A stretch of 64,000 nt of DNA from Candidatus Omnitrophota bacterium (GTDB taxonomy: Bacteria > Omnitrophota > Gorgyraeia > Gygaellales > JBFMHM01), in NCBI GenBank assembly GCA_040753015.1, contig JBFMHM010000002.1:36319-100318 (forward strand), written 5' to 3'. Of this stretch, positions 61,243 to 64,000 are shown piece by piece. The notes under the pieces are model-generated. The model made no database searches. It had not been told where the DNA came from and was given only the letters and a program-made list of their open reading frames with translations. The first letter of the stretch is position 1. The number at the start of each line of letters is the position of its first letter. The position numbers were made by a program, and so were the translations under genes.

Positions 61243-64000
61243 TTAGAAACTATATCTAAGCTGGCCCAGAGCCGTTGAACTACGATAAGTAGGAGTTTTG
61301 GAAATATTGTAAGTCAAGGAAGCATCTAAATCATCCTTTATTTTATAACCTATGGACCCTGCGAATGAATTTGTGAGCCTATTTTTACTAATTTTTTCTT
61401 TACCATAACCTAGAATATAGCTTAAATCGCAGTACAATTTTTTATTAAAAAAACTGTCTGCCAACCTGAATCTAAAATTATTCATCTTTAACTGTTGTGG
61501 GCTATAATAATTATCTGAATCAATTTTTGCATCGTCGTAAATATATTCATATGCTACATATGTATGAGGCATTGGCCAGATTAAATGCGACAAGCTCATC
61601 CTAGCGCTATGCCTCTGATTCTTATCATTATAATCACTATACTGATATTTACCATAGAGAGCAAAATCCAACGGTAGATTAGAATTCAACGCAATAAAAT
61701 TTTCATATGCAGTTGTTTTAGCTCGTACCGCCTTTAGCCTTTCAATATTCTTTAGTGATGTATTAATTATAAGGTAATCAAGAAAAGCAAATTTAGTTTT
61801 ATATCCTAACGAATAATTAACTTTATTGTATTCGCAAGAATAATCCTTATATAAAATTTCTGCTGAACAAGAATTTACACCATTTTTATATATTAATCCT
61901 AAACCGTATTCATTTTCGTGAATCTTACCTGCCCCTTTTTCTTCCAAATAAACCTTCGAATAAAATGGAGTAAAAGAAAAGTTATAATAAGGGCGAATGG
62001 TGAAATAATTTGATAACTTTATATTAGATCTATTACTACTATCATCAAAATAAGAAATGCAAGGACGAAGCTCTATTTTTTTATTCCCCCCCTTCCAACG
62101 CTCAACATCCTTAAGAAGCATCTGGATTTTTACCTGGCTGGATTCAGTAATATGCTTTTTAAATTCTTCTATTTTCAAATCAAAACCAATCTTAAAACGT
62201 TTTAATAAGCAGGGATCATCGCTGGTAAAATTAAATCCGGAATTATCTTGGATAAAACTAAAAAAATAATATTTTTTTACAAACTCTAAATTATTTTCGG
62301 GGGCTTGATTAAAATTTGAAAAATCTAATTGGCCAAATGATCCTTGAGGAAACGCATAAGCATATATATTATTATTTAAAATTTGTTGAAGCTTTTGTTT
62401 TGATTCTAGATAATCTTTTTCTATCCTTAACCTGAATTCTTCACTGCTTTCAAACCTATCTTCTAGCCATTTTTTATTAGCAAGAAATAAAGATTTATGG
62501 CCTTTGTTATCAATAACTATATCTTGATGCGCAAAATCCCCATGGCTTTGAATTTCCCAAATTCCGCTATTTTGATAACTTACTAAATCATTCTTGCTCA
62601 CAAAAAATTCGTCATTGCTCCCTAGGCAGGAAACTGGTACAAACATTACTGCTTTAAAATTTAATTCTTTTAGGATTGGCGTAGCATATTCAAAAGAATC
62701 ACGCCTGGCATCGTCAAAAGTAATCAATACTCCTTTTTTAGGTAGCTTCATTTTTCCTTGATAAGCATTATTTAAATCACTAAGCGAAATTGATTCGTAT
62801 CCAGCATCTCTTAAAGCCATCAACTGCTCTCTAAAATCTTTTACCTTTAAGATATCACTACGCTCAACATCCGATAATCCATGATATAATAAAATTAAAA
62901 AATTGCCTTCTTGAGAATATTTTTTATTTAATCTGATTAAAATATCTTCTGCCTCATTATATTTAAACTGATAAGCCAAAATCCTTGCCCTTGTTATTTG
63001 ATAATCAATATTTGCCCTATCAATGGCAATCAATTGATCATTAATATTGATGGCTTTTTTGTATTGCTTTGATTCAATATATAAATGCATCAGCCCAGAT
63101 TTAGCAGATAGATTATTTGGATTCATAATAATAATGCGTTCATATTGTTTTTTAGACTCATAAAATCTCTGTTTAAAACGAAGAGCATCAGCATACAGTA
63201 ATAACACTGCTATTTGACTCGAATCTATAGATATGCTTCTCTTAGCAAGCTCGATCACCTTATCATAATCTTTTAATTCAAAATTTATGCTAATAAGTTT
63301 ATTTATAATGCTCATATTATCTGGTATTAAGTGATAAATTCTCTCAAACATATCTTTTGCGGCTACAAGATTTTGCCTATAAAAATAATCGTTTGCTTTA
63401 AATTTTAAAGCGCTTAAATTATTGGAATTATTTTCTAAAATATGATCTGCGATTAAAAGCGCTTCTTTGTATTTACCTCTTCTATAAAGACAATTAGCTA
63501 ATCCAATCATATAATTTGCATCACCGGGAGATTCTTTAATCAACTTACGGTATAATACCTCTGCCTCATAGTATTGCTTATTATCAAAATGAACTCTTGC
63601 TAATATACCCATAATCTTTAAATTATTCAGTCTCCTTATATTAATATAACCTAAGCAAAGCGGATCGGTATCTCTATTGTTATATGCATAGGAAGGCATT
63701 AATTTAAACGCGATTTTGAAATTATCTTTTATAATAGATTTATCAATTCGGGTATCTGCAATAACAGTTTTTAAACTAATGTTCTTAAATTTTTTTGAAA
63801 AAAATTTTAACTGTTGATTAAGCTCGCAGTTATCTTTAGCTAAAATGCCCAAATCCCAGTGTTTTGCATTACTCATTACTAACATATCATGCCAAGAAAC
63901 ATAATGAGTATTACGCTCTTCCATGTTTTTTAAATTTAAAATAAATACAGCTTTGAAATTTAATTTTTTAATAATCGGGTTAACGATTTCGTATGTTTGC
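61243..64000 (-). CDS. Fusion of degenerate polysaccharide deacetylase, TPR repeats, CE4 polysaccharide deacetylase and C-terminal beta-barrel-like domain (PgaA/PgaB-like); 5' end outside window
   Basis: ILLYHG, LITFDDA, WEIQSHG, AYAFPQG; TPR helices; alternating-residue strands ending in RYSF. Frame is open upstream of 63924 to the edge (QTYEIVNPIIKKLNFKAVF...). Confidence 0.8.
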   Translation of the reverse strand, partial: QTYEIVNPIIKKLNFKAVFILNLKNMEERNTHYVSWHDMLVMSNAKHWDLGILAKDNCELNQQLKFFSKKFKNISLKTVIADTRIDKSIIKDNFKIAFKLMPSYAYNNRDTDPLCLGYINIRRLNNLKIMGILARVHFDNKQYYEAEVLYRKLIKESPGDANYMIGLANCLYRRGKYKEALLIADHILENNSNNLSALKFKANDYFYRQNLVAAKDMFERIYHLIPDNMSIINKLISINFELKDYDKVIELAKRSISIDSSQIAVLLLYADALRFKQRFYESKKQYERIIIMNPNNLSAKSGLMHLYIESKQYKKAININDQLIAIDRANIDYQITRARILAYQFKYNEAEDILIRLNKKYSQEGNFLILLYHGLSDVERSDILKVKDFREQLMALRDAGYESISLSDLNNAYQGKMKLPKKGVLITFDDARRDSFEYATPILKELNFKAVMFVPVSCLGSNDEFFVSKNDLVSYQNSGIWEIQSHGDFAHQDIVIDNKGHKSLFLANKKWLEDRFESSEEFRLRIEKDYLESKQKLQQILNNNIYAYAFPQGSFGQLDFSNFNQAPENNLEFVKKYYFFSFIQDNSGFNFTSDDPCLLKRFKIGFDLKIEEFKKHITESSQVKIQMLLKDVERWKGGNKKIELRPCISYFDDSSNRSNIKLSNYFTIRPYYNFSFTPFYSKVYLEEKGAGKIHENEYGLGLIYKNGVNSCSAEILYKDYSCEYNKVNYSLGYKTKFAFLDYLIINTSLKNIERLKAVRAKTTAYENFIALNSNLPLDFALYGKYQYSDYNDKNQRHSARMSLSHLIWPMPHTYVAYEYIYDDAKIDSDNYYSPQQLKMNNFRFRLADSFFNKKLYCDLSYILGYGKEKISKNRLTNSFAGSIGYKIKDDLDASLTYNISKTPTYRSSTALGQLRYSF

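Noticed and set aside
56384-62269. Plus-strand ORFs opposite the two large genes (e.g. 57608-58132, 59930-60190, 60377-60757)
   Set aside because: Antisense shadows; their shared peptides come from the duplicated palindromic elements.

Overview
AT-rich bacterial DNA from the PVC superphylum, most likely Candidatus Omnitrophota. The 16S carries the Pla46 site GGATTAGGCATGCAAGTC and a GCAGCCTCCC EUB338 variant, and the window has a TIGR04073-like gene and a large protein ending in GGIDL; the phylum call is an inference. (1) 1-43 kb, minus strand: a cluster of at least 43 kb for surface-glycan synthesis and modification that runs off the left edge. It has Wzm/Wzt export, a WbpB-WbpD-like fusion, 2 DegT aminotransferases, 4 AsnB-type amidotransferases, 4 cobalamin-binding radical SAMs, 2 SPASM/twitch radical SAMs, 2 carbamoyltransferases, 4 class I methyltransferases, GT2/GT4 enzymes and 3 GT-C-like membrane proteins. 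An EPS-type MarR regulator near the head of the cluster has its start codon inside a perfect 11-bp inverted repeat. (2) 43-48 kb: cvpA-NIF3-dnaG-rpoD. (3) 48.6-53.8 kb: a complete rRNA operon (16S-tRNA-Ile-tRNA-Ala-23S-5S) with a decayed extra tRNA-Ile copy interrupted by a hairpin element. (4) 54-64 kb: a GH18 hydrolase, an AbiEi/AbiEii type IV toxin-antitoxin pair, a ~1590-aa secreted protein, and a 5'-truncated fusion of deacetylase, TPR, deacetylase and beta-barrel domains. The ~1590-aa gene is the most unusual feature. Its 5' part contains about 10 in-frame palindromic mini-elements, and its middle has 7 near-identical helical repeats of two types with a hypervariable two-residue site. 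All calls come from motifs read by eye; no database searches were run.
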